Shown here: positions 1-7,882 of the stretch, one piece after another
How the letters are laid out: each line of letters begins with the position of its first letter
Numbering within the stretch: the stretch's first letter is position 1
Assembly (NCBI GenBank): GCA_005893365.1
Contig: VBPB01000107.1
Coordinates: 1 to 35,120, forward strand
Origin: Candidatus Eiseniibacteriota bacterium
GTDB taxonomy: Bacteria > Eisenbacteria > RBG-16-71-46
Direction: 5' to 3'
Length of the DNA stretch: 35,120 nucleotides
Made by a program: the position numbers and the translations under genes
Notes under the pieces: model-generated
Seen by the model: the letters and a program-made list of their open reading frames with translations, nothing else
What the model was told of the DNA's origin: nothing
Databases searched by the model: none

Positions 1-1675
1 CGTTGCGCACCCCGGGGCCCTGCGGGAAGCGCACGCGCTCGATGCGGCCGATCGAGGGCATGAAGTCGCGCTGCGGGTCCTCGGCGACGATGCGCGCCTC
101 CATCGACCAGCCGCGCGGCTCGGGCGGCCGGTCGCCGAACGAGAGCGGGGCGTCCTCGGCGATGCGGATCTGCTCGGCCACCAGGTCGAGCCCGGTGACC
201 ATCTCGGTGACCGGATGCTCCACCTGGAGTCGCGTGTTGACCTCGAGGAAGTAGAAGCGGCCGTCCTCGTCGAGGATGAACTCGACCGTGCCGGCGTTGA
301 GGTAGCCGACCTGCTTCGCGACCCGGCAGGCCGCCTCGCCGAAGGCGGCACGCGTCTTGGCGTCGAAGGCCGGCGACGGGGTCTCCTCGAGCAGCTTCTG
401 GTGCCGCCGCTGGATCGAGCACTCGCGCTCGCCCAGGAATGCGACGCGGCCGTGTCCGTCGGCGACGATCTGCGCCTCGACGTGGCGCGGCCGCTCGATC
501 GCCCGCTCCACGTACATGCGGGCGTCGCCGAACGCGGCGGCCGCCTCGCCGCGGGTCAGCTCCCAGGCGGCCGCGAGATCCGAGGCCCGGCGCACCACGC
601 GCATGCCCTTGCCGCCGCCGCCGGCCGCCGCCTTGAGCATGAGCGGGAACCCGATGGCCTTGGCCGCGGCCTGGGCTTGAGCGAGCGAGTCCACGGTGCC
701 GGGGGTTCCGGGCACCATCGGCACCTTGGCCGCGCGCGCGGCATCCCGGGCCGCCAGCTTGTCGCCGAGGGCCGCGATGGTGGCGGGCCTTGGGCCGATG
801 AAGGCGATGCCGGCCGCCTCGCAGGCGGCGGCGAAGCCGGCGTTCTCGGCGAAGAATCCGTAGCCGGGATGGATGGCGTCGGCGCGCACGCGCTTGGCGG
901 TCCCGATCACGCGCTCGAGATGGAGGTAGCTCTCGCGCGAGGGGCCGGGGCCGATGGGATACGCCTCGTCGGCCGTCAGCACGTGGAGCGAGGCGCGGTC
1001 GGGCTCGCTGAAGAGCGCGATCGAGGTGATGTCGAGCTCGCGCAGCGTGCGGATGACGCGGACGGCGATCTCGCCGCGGTTGGCGATCAGCACGCGGCGG
1101 AAGCGCGCCGCCGTGACGCGCGCGCGCCGGACGCGAGGCGGCGCGGTCGCGGGGCGGGCAGCGCCGCGCCCGCCTCGGCGCGGCCCGTCGCTTGGCGCTC
1201 CACGTCGTCGGACGGCCCGCGCCCGGCCTGCGACCGCGCGCGCCGGCTTGCGTGCCGGCTTGCGCGCCGGCCCCTTCGACTTACGGGCGGGCGCCTTCGC
1301 GGCCGCCTGCTTCCTGGGCGCGTGCGAGAGCGTGAGGTGGCTGTCGGTGGCGCCGAGGGCCTGGAAGCGCTCGAGCGCGACCCCCGAGAAGCGCAGCTTG
1401 GGCTGCTGGCCGCCGGGCTGGATGACCTCGGCCTGCTTCCAGCCGACGCCGCCGGAGAGGCCGGTGCCGATGGCCTTGAACGCGGCTTCCTTGGCGGCGA
1501 ACCGGGCGGCCAGGTGGGGGAGCGGGTCCTTGTGGCGGCGGCAGTACTCGAGCTCGCCCTCGGTGAAGAGCCGCTTCTCCATGCGCTCGCCGAAGCGCCC
1601 CAGCGACTCCACCAGCCGCTCCACCTTGACCACGTCGACCCCGATCCCCTTGACGGCCACCATCCCTCCGCGCAT
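1..1675 (-). CDS. accC: Single continuous ORF: holo-ACP synthase (AcpS) domain, about 70-aa K/R/A/P-rich linker, then biotin carboxylase (AccC-type ATP-grasp). The 3' end runs off the window.
   Basis: Manual minus-strand translation; the ORF is absent from the track because it has no stop inside the window. ATG at 1675 gives MRGGMVAVKGIGVDVVKVERL...LAARFAAKEAAFKAIGTG...HLTLSH (AcpS hallmarks, ending at codon 1322-1324). Next comes APRKQAAAKAPARKSKGPARKPARKPAR... Then, from about 1102 downward: FRRVLIANRGEIAVRVIRTLRELDI...GFPLMLKAAAGGGGKGMRVV...FLEVNTRLQVEHPVTE...GPGVRN. All codons are in one frame and I found no stop. Confidence 0.8.
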   Translation of the reverse strand, partial: MRGGMVAVKGIGVDVVKVERLVESLGRFGERMEKRLFTEGELEYCRRHKDPLPHLAARFAAKEAAFKAIGTGLSGGVGWKQAEVIQPGGQQPKLRFSGVALERFQALGATDSHLTLSHAPRKQAAAKAPARKSKGPARKPARKPARAVAGRARAVRRRGAPSDGPRRGGRGAARPATAPPRVRRARVTAARFRRVLIANRGEIAVRVIRTLRELDITSIALFSEPDRASLHVLTADEAYPIGPGPSRESYLHLERVIGTAKRVRADAIHPGYGFFAENAGFAAACEAAGIAFIGPRPATIAALGDKLAARDAARAAKVPMVPGTPGTVDSLAQAQAAAKAIGFPLMLKAAAGGGGKGMRVVRRASDLAAAWELTRGEAAAAFGDARMYVERAIERPRHVEAQIVADGHGRVAFLGERECSIQRRHQKLLEETPSPAFDAKTRAAFGEAACRVAKQVGYLNAGTVEFILDEDGRFYFLEVNTRLQVEHPVTEMVTGLDLVAEQIRIAEDAPLSFGDRPPEPRGWSMEARIVAEDPQRDFMPSIGRIERVRFPQGPGVRN

Positions 1676-1803
1676 GACGACTGGGAAAGCCGGAGGGGGG
1701 AATCTAGGGAGGGGGCCTTGGGGACGCAAGCGGTTCCCCGGGGCCGTGGCGCCGGCCGCCACGCTCGTGCATCCTGCAGCGGCGCCGCCGGGCCGGTGCG
1801 GCG

Positions 1804-2424
1804 GTGGCGCAACTTGGGGCCCCGCCGTTCGTCCCTTTGCTGAACACGGAGAGCCGCCTGGGATTCTCGAATGAAGAAGACCTCATCGCCCGCCTGCGCG
1901 CGCGCGACCTGGACGCCCTGGGCGAGCTGTACCGGGAGTTGGGAGGAGCGATGACCACGCTCGCGCGCACCATGCTCCGCGACGCCGACGAGGCCGCCGA
2001 CGTGGTGGAGGACGCTCTCCTCAAGGTGCGCGATGCGGCGACCGGCTTCCGGGGCACGCGCGGGCTGCGCACCTGGGTGCTGCGCATCGTCGCCAACCGC
2101 TGCCGCGACCTGCTGCGCCGCCGGCGCTTCACCGCCGGCCGGCCCGAGGACTTCGACCCGATCGCCGAGGCGGGGCTCAGGAGCGAGCCGCTCGCGAGCT
2201 GGGACGAGGGCATCGACCAGGCCCGGCTGCTGGTCGTGCTGGAGCGGGCGATCGATGCCCTGCCGCCCGAGCAGCGCGAAGCGGTGGTGCTGCGCGACCG
2301 GCTGGGACTGAGTTACGAGGAGGCCGCGGAGACGCTGGGGGTGAGTGTGGCGGCCATCAAGTCGAGACTGTTCCGCGCGCGCGCGTCCCTGCGCGAGGCG
2401 CTCAAGCCATTAGCCGAAGGGTGA
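1804..2424 (+). CDS. ECF-family RNA polymerase sigma-70 factor
   Basis: Region 2 (RTWVLRIVANRCRDLLRRRR) and region 4 (LPPEQREAVVLRDRLGLSYEEAAETLGVSVAAIKSRLFRARASLREAL). The start is uncertain: GTG 1804 is the longest option, and TTG 1837 or CTG 1858 (after GGAGAG) are possible. Confidence 0.85.
   Translation: MAQLGAPPFVPLLNTESRLGFSNEEDLIARLRARDLDALGELYRELGGAMTTLARTMLRDADEAADVVEDALLKVRDAATGFRGTRGLRTWVLRIVANRCRDLLRRRRFTAGRPEDFDPIAEAGLRSEPLASWDEGIDQARLLVVLERAIDALPPEQREAVVLRDRLGLSYEEAAETLGVSVAAIKSRLFRARASLREALKPLAEG
1811..1833 (+). promoter_or_regulatory. Candidate ECF-type (autoregulatory) promoter, AAC-N16-CGTC
   Basis: GCGCAACTT (AAC at 1811-1813), a 16-nt spacer, then CGTC (1830-1833). This matches the generic ECF -35 AAC / -10 CGT spacing. 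It lies inside the 5' end of the longest sigma-factor ORF, so that ORF may start further downstream. Confidence 0.3.
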
Positions 2425-2431
2425 GGGTGCG

Positions 2432-2824
2432 ATGACGTTCGATCCTGGCGACGACGATCCCCGGCTGACGCGGCTGCTCCAAACGGTGCGCGCCGACGCC
2501 GATCCGGCGCTGTGGACCCGCGTGCGGGCGCGCCTCGAGTCGCGCCGCCGCCTGCCCGCGCTGCTGGCGTGGGCGATGCGGCCGGCCGCCCTCGCGGCCT
2601 CGGTCGCCCTGCTCGTGGTCGCGGCCGGCGCGACGCTGATGCTGGGGGCCCCGACCGCGATGCTGCCGTCCACCTCGGTCGCGGCCTCGCTCACGACCCC
2701 GGAGGAGGAGGCCACACTCGGCGACGCGCTGGTGGCCGAGCGGGATGCCGAGGCCGCCCCGCCGGCGGTCACGGCGGCGCCCGCCGGGAACGGGGCGGTG
2801 CGCGACAGCGGGGAGCGGCGATGA
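2432..2824 (+). CDS. Putative anti-sigma factor (single-pass membrane protein)
   Basis: Lies immediately downstream of the ECF sigma gene, with a 7-nt gap and GAGGGTG before the ATG. It has a short cytoplasmic N-terminus, one hydrophobic span (PALLAWAMRPAALAASVALLVVAAGATLMLG) and an acidic/Ala-rich tail. Assignment is by position and topology only; there is no zf-HC2 motif. Confidence 0.55.
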   Translation: MTFDPGDDDPRLTRLLQTVRADADPALWTRVRARLESRRRLPALLAWAMRPAALAASVALLVVAAGATLMLGAPTAMLPSTSVAASLTTPEEEATLGDALVAERDAEAAPPAVTAAPAGNGAVRDSGERR

Positions 2825-3231
2825 ACGGCTCCCGCGGGCTGGTCATCGCCACGGCGGCGGCGTTCATCGTCGGCTGCGCGGTCGGGCTCATCGGCGGCCT
2901 GCTGTTCGTCCACTTCGTGGCGCCGCGGCTCCACGGCCGGCCCGAGTTCGGCATGGCGCGCGGCCCTGGGCCGGGCCGGCCGGGGGGGCGCGAGCGCCTG
3001 CTCACCGAGATGGACCAGACGCTGTCCCTGACGCCCGACCAGCACCAGCGGGTGCTGGCGGACCTCGACCGGGCGAGGCACGAGCAGGTCGCGGTGCGTG
3101 AGAGCGTCCACGTGTGGATCGAGCGCGAGCTGAATCCGGACCAGCGCGAGCGTTGGAAGCAGATGGAAGAGCGGTTCGCGCGGGCGCGGCGCGCGCGTTG
3201 GTCGCGCGGCGCGATGCCGGACTCGCGCTAA
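2821..3231 (+). CDS. Membrane-anchored LTXXQ-motif protein (Spy/CpxP/CnrX 'periplasmic heavy metal sensor' family)
   Basis: The ATG overlaps the upstream stop (ATGA). N-terminal TM segment (LVIATAAAFIVGCAVGLIGGLLFVHFV), then a helical domain with LSLTPDQHQRV (LTXXQ). The track's 2512..3231 ORF is an over-extension. Confidence 0.7.
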   Translation: MNGSRGLVIATAAAFIVGCAVGLIGGLLFVHFVAPRLHGRPEFGMARGPGPGRPGGRERLLTEMDQTLSLTPDQHQRVLADLDRARHEQVAVRESVHVWIERELNPDQRERWKQMEERFARARRARWSRGAMPDSR

Positions 3232-3262
3232 CCTGACGGGCCGAAGCAAGAGGAGAAGGATC

Positions 3263-3961
3263 ATGAGTCCGAGACCCTTGATGTGGTGGGCCGCCGCGAC
3301 GCTCGGCGTGGCCCTGGCGGGCCTCGCCGCCGCCGCCCCCGCGGGCCCCCGGCGCCCGGCGGCGCACGCCGAGATCACCGTCACGCCCGAGGCCGCGCAT
3401 GCGACCGACGCCGACGCCGCCGCCGGCGACCTGGACGACGACGCGGGCCTCGACCTGCTTGCGGCGGAGGTCCCGCCGGGACACGGTGCGGGGCACGGCG
3501 GCCCGGGGATGGGCGCGCGGACGCGCATGGGGCCAGGTGAAGCCGGCAGGGGGGACCTGCGCGCGAAGCTCAACCTGACCGCCGATCAGAAGGACAAGCT
3601 CGCGGAGGTCCGCGAGCGGCAGGCGCGGCGGGCGATCCCGATCCGGGCCGACCTCGAGCTCGCCGCCCTCGACCTGCACAAGCTGATGCGCGCCGACCGG
3701 CCGGATCAGCGCCAGCTCGATGCCCAGGTCGACAAGATCGCCGGCCTCAGGGCGTCGCTCGAGAAGGCGCGCATCGCGGCGATGCTCGAGGCGCGCGCCC
3801 TGCTGACCCCCGCGCAGCAGAAGACGCTGCACGACGCGCGCGGCGGGATGGGCATGCCCGGCATGATGCGCCGCATGATGATGGGCCGCGGCATGGGCCG
3901 GGGGATGGACGGCGGGCCGATGGAGGCAAGGTCAACGTGCGCGTCGGCCCCTAGACGATGA
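3263..3961 (+). CDS. Secreted Spy/CpxP-family LTXXQ protein with a His/Gly/Met stretch and a Met-rich C-terminal tail
   Basis: AGGAGAAGGA Shine-Dalgarno sequence before the ATG. Signal peptide (MWWAAATLGVALAGLAAAAP). Two LTXXQ motifs (LNLTADQKDKL, LLTPAQQKTL). Also GHGAGHGGPGMG and the tail GGMGMPGMMRRMMMGRGMGRGMDGGPM. Confidence 0.75.
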   Translation: MSPRPLMWWAAATLGVALAGLAAAAPAGPRRPAAHAEITVTPEAAHATDADAAAGDLDDDAGLDLLAAEVPPGHGAGHGGPGMGARTRMGPGEAGRGDLRAKLNLTADQKDKLAEVRERQARRAIPIRADLELAALDLHKLMRADRPDQRQLDAQVDKIAGLRASLEKARIAAMLEARALLTPAQQKTLHDARGGMGMPGMMRRMMMGRGMGRGMDGGPMEARSTCASAPRR

Positions 3962-3987
3962 GGGCCCGGGCTTGGGCCCGGGCCCTC
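3960..3987. terminator. GC-rich hairpin between convergent genes (possible bidirectional terminator)
   Basis: GAGGGCCCGGGC-TTGG-GCCCGGGCCCTC: a perfect 12-bp stem with a 4-nt loop. No U-tract. Confidence 0.45.
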
Positions 3988-4008
3988 GCTGACAGCATCG
4001 CCGCCGCG

Positions 4009-4608
4009 CTACTTGGCGGCGGTCGCCTCGGCCTTCTTCCCCGCCATCGGCTTCATCGCGGTCGCCATCATGGTCGACGACTCGACCAGCTTCCAGTCGC
4101 CGCCGCCCACCTGGTGCTCGTCGGTGAACTTGATGGCCTTGGGATCGGCCATGTCCCAGGTCAGCCGGTCCTTCAGCATCTGACCCATCATCATGACCTC
4201 GGTCGGCGTCACCAGCGTGAACTTGGTCCCCTCGAGCATGCCGTCGAAGTTGGTCAGGGTCCCCATGTTGTCCACGCACGTCGCCTTGTACGCCTTGGCG
4301 TTGACGTCGTAGCCGACCACCATGTGGCCCTTCCAGGTCATGGCGTCCTTGCCCACGCCGTAGGTGTCCTCGACGTCGCACGCGTACCACATGCCGCCGA
4401 GCTTCGATTCGGGCCCCATCGCCCCGGCCTCGACCGTGCCCTTCCACGCGGCCGCGCCGACGCCGAAGATCGGCGCGATCGCGGCCACTTCCGGCCCGGC
4501 CTTGGGCATCGGCATCGCGCCCGCCTCGTCCGCCCGGGCGGCGAGCGGGGTCAGCGCGAGACAGGACGCAGCGAGCATCAGGAGCATTCGCTTCTCGGTG
4601 TGGGTCAT
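4009..4608 (-). CDS. Secreted DUF1579-like protein
   Basis: AGGAGGA Shine-Dalgarno sequence and a signal peptide (MLLMLAASCLALTPLAARA). The pattern ...GYDVNAKAYKATCVDNMGTL...KFT... resembles DUF1579 as I remember it. Function unknown. Confidence 0.55.
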   Translation of the reverse strand: MTHTEKRMLLMLAASCLALTPLAARADEAGAMPMPKAGPEVAAIAPIFGVGAAAWKGTVEAGAMGPESKLGGMWYACDVEDTYGVGKDAMTWKGHMVVGYDVNAKAYKATCVDNMGTLTNFDGMLEGTKFTLVTPTEVMMMGQMLKDRLTWDMADPKAIKFTDEHQVGGGDWKLVESSTMMATAMKPMAGKKAEATAAK

Positions 4609-4804
4609 CGTTCCTCCTGAGTCGGGCTCGAGCCAGGGTGTCCGCGGCCGCCTTGTGGTGCACGAACGGCCGCAGCCCGGACAGCCGCCCGCGGCCCGGA
4701 ACGATGCCGCCGCTGGGGCCGCGTTTCAAGATGATTCGGCGGCCGGGGCGAGCCGCGTCCGGCGCGGGCCTAAGGACCACGCGCGGCGCGGCTCCCCGCC
4801 CCGC

Positions 4805-4834
4805 TTGACGCCGCCCGCCGCCGCCGCCTAGAGT
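4805..4834 (+). promoter_or_regulatory. Candidate sigma-70-type promoter upstream of tgt
   Basis: TTGACG (4805-4810), 18-nt spacer, TAGAGT (4829-4834), 46 nt before the tgt ATG. Confidence 0.3.
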
Positions 4835-4879
4835 CCTGCCTCGAACCTTATCCGACCCGCCAGGCGGCGACCGCTCTCG

Positions 4880-6064
<1,185 letters not shown>

Positions 6065-6076
6065 CCAAGGAGCGCG

Positions 6077-6421
6077 ATGATGTGGAGCGATGCGCTGGCG
6101 CAGACCGCCGGCGGGAGCACGACCCCGAGCGATCCGCGGGTCGGCATGCTGCTGACCCTGCTGCAGTTCGTGCCGATCTTCGTGATCCTGTACTTCTTCC
6201 TGATCCGCCCGCAGCAGCAGCAGAAGAAGAAGCAGGAGCAGATGATCCGCGCGCTCAAGAAGGGCGACCGCGTCCTCACCACCGGCGGGATGTACGGCAC
6301 GGTGCTGGGCGTGGACGATACCAAGGTGGTGCTGCGGATCGCCGAGGGGCAGAAGGAGGACGTCAAGGCGGAATTCGTCAAGAGCGCGATCCTCCAGGTC
6401 CTGGTGGAGAACGCGGGCTGA
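6077..6421 (+). CDS. yajC: Preprotein translocase subunit YajC
   Basis: AAGGAG Shine-Dalgarno sequence, one TM segment, then [37 protein letters not shown]. Classical tgt-yajC synteny. Confidence 0.9.
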   Translation: MMWSDALAQTAGGSTTPSDPRVGMLLTLLQFVPIFVILYFFLIRPQQQQKKKQEQMIRALKKGDRVLTTGGMYGTVLGVDDTKVVLRIAEGQKEDVKAEFVKSAILQVLVENAG

Positions 6422-6926
6422 TGCCGGTGCGGGCGGTGCGCCTCTACGGCGACCCGGTGCTGCGGCAGAAGGCGCGCGTGGTGGCGGAGGTGGACGACAC
6501 GATGCGCGAGCTGGTCGCCGACATGCGCGACACCATGCGCGCCTACCACGGCGTGGGCCTGGCCGGGAACCAGGTGGGCGTGCTGCAGCCCAGCACGTGC
6601 TCATCAACCCGGTGCTGGACCAGCGCTCGGGGAGCCAGGACGGCGAGGAGGGGTGCCTGTCGATCCCGGGCATCTACGAGGAGGTGCGGCGCGCGAGGCG
6701 CCTGCGCGCCCGCGCCCTCGACGAGTGGGGGAAGCCGGTGGAGTTCATGGCCGAGGGCTACCTGGCGCGCGCGCTCCAGCACGAGGTGGATCACCTGGAC
6801 GGCGTGCTGTTCGTGGATCGCCTCTCGCCGCTCAAGCGCGCGTTCCTGCGCGGCCGGCTGGAGGAGCTGGCCCGCGGCGAGCTGCCCCAGGACTTCCGTC
6901 CGCCCGTCCCCGGGAGCCGGCCCTGA
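6421..6926 (+). pseudogene. def: Peptide deformylase, disrupted: the N-terminal and C-terminal halves are in different frames with about 12-15 codons missing
   Basis: The frame of ATG 6421 gives [21 protein letters not shown]...[13 protein letters not shown] (motif 1). Motifs 2 and 3 ([17 protein letters not shown]) are in the frame of the 6597..6926 ORF. The junction is around 6580-6597. The segment normally lying between motif 1 and ...LINP is largely absent. Confidence 0.8.
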
Positions 6927-6940
6927 GCCGCCCGCGCGTC

Positions 6941-7882
6941 GTGTTCATGGGCACGCCGGACTTCGCCGTGCCGGCCCTGCGGGCGGTGGCGGCCTCCTGC
7001 GAGCTGGCGGCGGTCGTGACCCAGCCCGACCGCCCACGCGGCCGCGGGCAGACGCTCGCCGCCTCGGTGGTGGCGCGCGTCGCCGAGCCGCTCGGCGTGC
7101 CAGTCTTGAAACCCGAGGACGTGAACGACGCGACGTCGCGCTCGGGGTTGAGCGCCCTGGCCGCCGACCTGTTCGCGGTGGTGGCCTTCGGCGCCATCCT
7201 CTCGCCGGCGCTGCTGGCCCTGCCGCGACTCGGGGCGATCAACCTGCACGGCTCGCTCCTGCCGGACTACCGCGGCGCCTCGCCGGTGCAGCGGGCGCTC
7301 TGGGACGGCCGCCTCGGGACCGGGGTCACCACGCTGTGGATGGACGAGGGCATCGATACCGGCGACCTGGTGCTCCAGCGCTGGGTGGCGATCGCCCCCC
7401 AAGACGACGCGGGCACGCTCGCGGTCCGGCTCGCCGAGGCGGGCGGCCCGTTGCTGGCCGAGAGCCTGATCCTCGCCCACGCCGGCCGCGCGCCGCGCCA
7501 TCCCCAGGACCGGACCGCCGGCTCCTACGCGAAGAAGCTCACCAAGGCCGGCGGCATCGTGGACTGGTCGCTGGACGTCGAGACCGTGTGGAACCATCAG
7601 CGCGCGGTGACGCCGTGGCCGGGTGCGACCACCGCCTTCAAGGAAAGACACCTGCTGCTGGTGCGCACCGAGCCGCGTCACCGCATGCCGACCGGCGCCG
7701 TGCCGGGCACGGTGCTCGAAGCGGGGCGCGACGCGGTGGTGGTGGCGTGCGCCCCGGGGGCGCTGAGGCTCGTCACCGTGCGCCCCGAAGGGCGCGGCGA
7801 CCTGGCCGCCGCGGAGTGGGCGCGCGGCGCGCGCCTCGAGGCCGGCGACCGGCTGGCGGTCGAGAAGGAGGCGCACGCGTGA
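6941..7882 (+). CDS. fmt: Methionyl-tRNA formyltransferase
   Basis: (V)FMGTPDFAVPALRAV...VVTQPDRPRGRG...NLHGSLLPDYRGASPVQRALWDG. GTG 6941 is the first plausible start after the def stop. The track's 6653 start is an over-extension. Confidence 0.9.
   Translation: MFMGTPDFAVPALRAVAASCELAAVVTQPDRPRGRGQTLAASVVARVAEPLGVPVLKPEDVNDATSRSGLSALAADLFAVVAFGAILSPALLALPRLGAINLHGSLLPDYRGASPVQRALWDGRLGTGVTTLWMDEGIDTGDLVLQRWVAIAPQDDAGTLAVRLAEAGGPLLAESLILAHAGRAPRHPQDRTAGSYAKKLTKAGGIVDWSLDVETVWNHQRAVTPWPGATTAFKERHLLLVRTEPRHRMPTGAVPGTVLEAGRDAVVVACAPGALRLVTVRPEGRGDLAAAEWARGARLEAGDRLAVEKEAHA

Noticed and set aside
4841-4850. GGTTCGA (minus strand), a tRNA T-loop-like word upstream of tgt
   Set aside because: The flanking bases do not form a T-stem and no acceptor or anticodon arms could be drawn. 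It lies in the tgt promoter/leader region.
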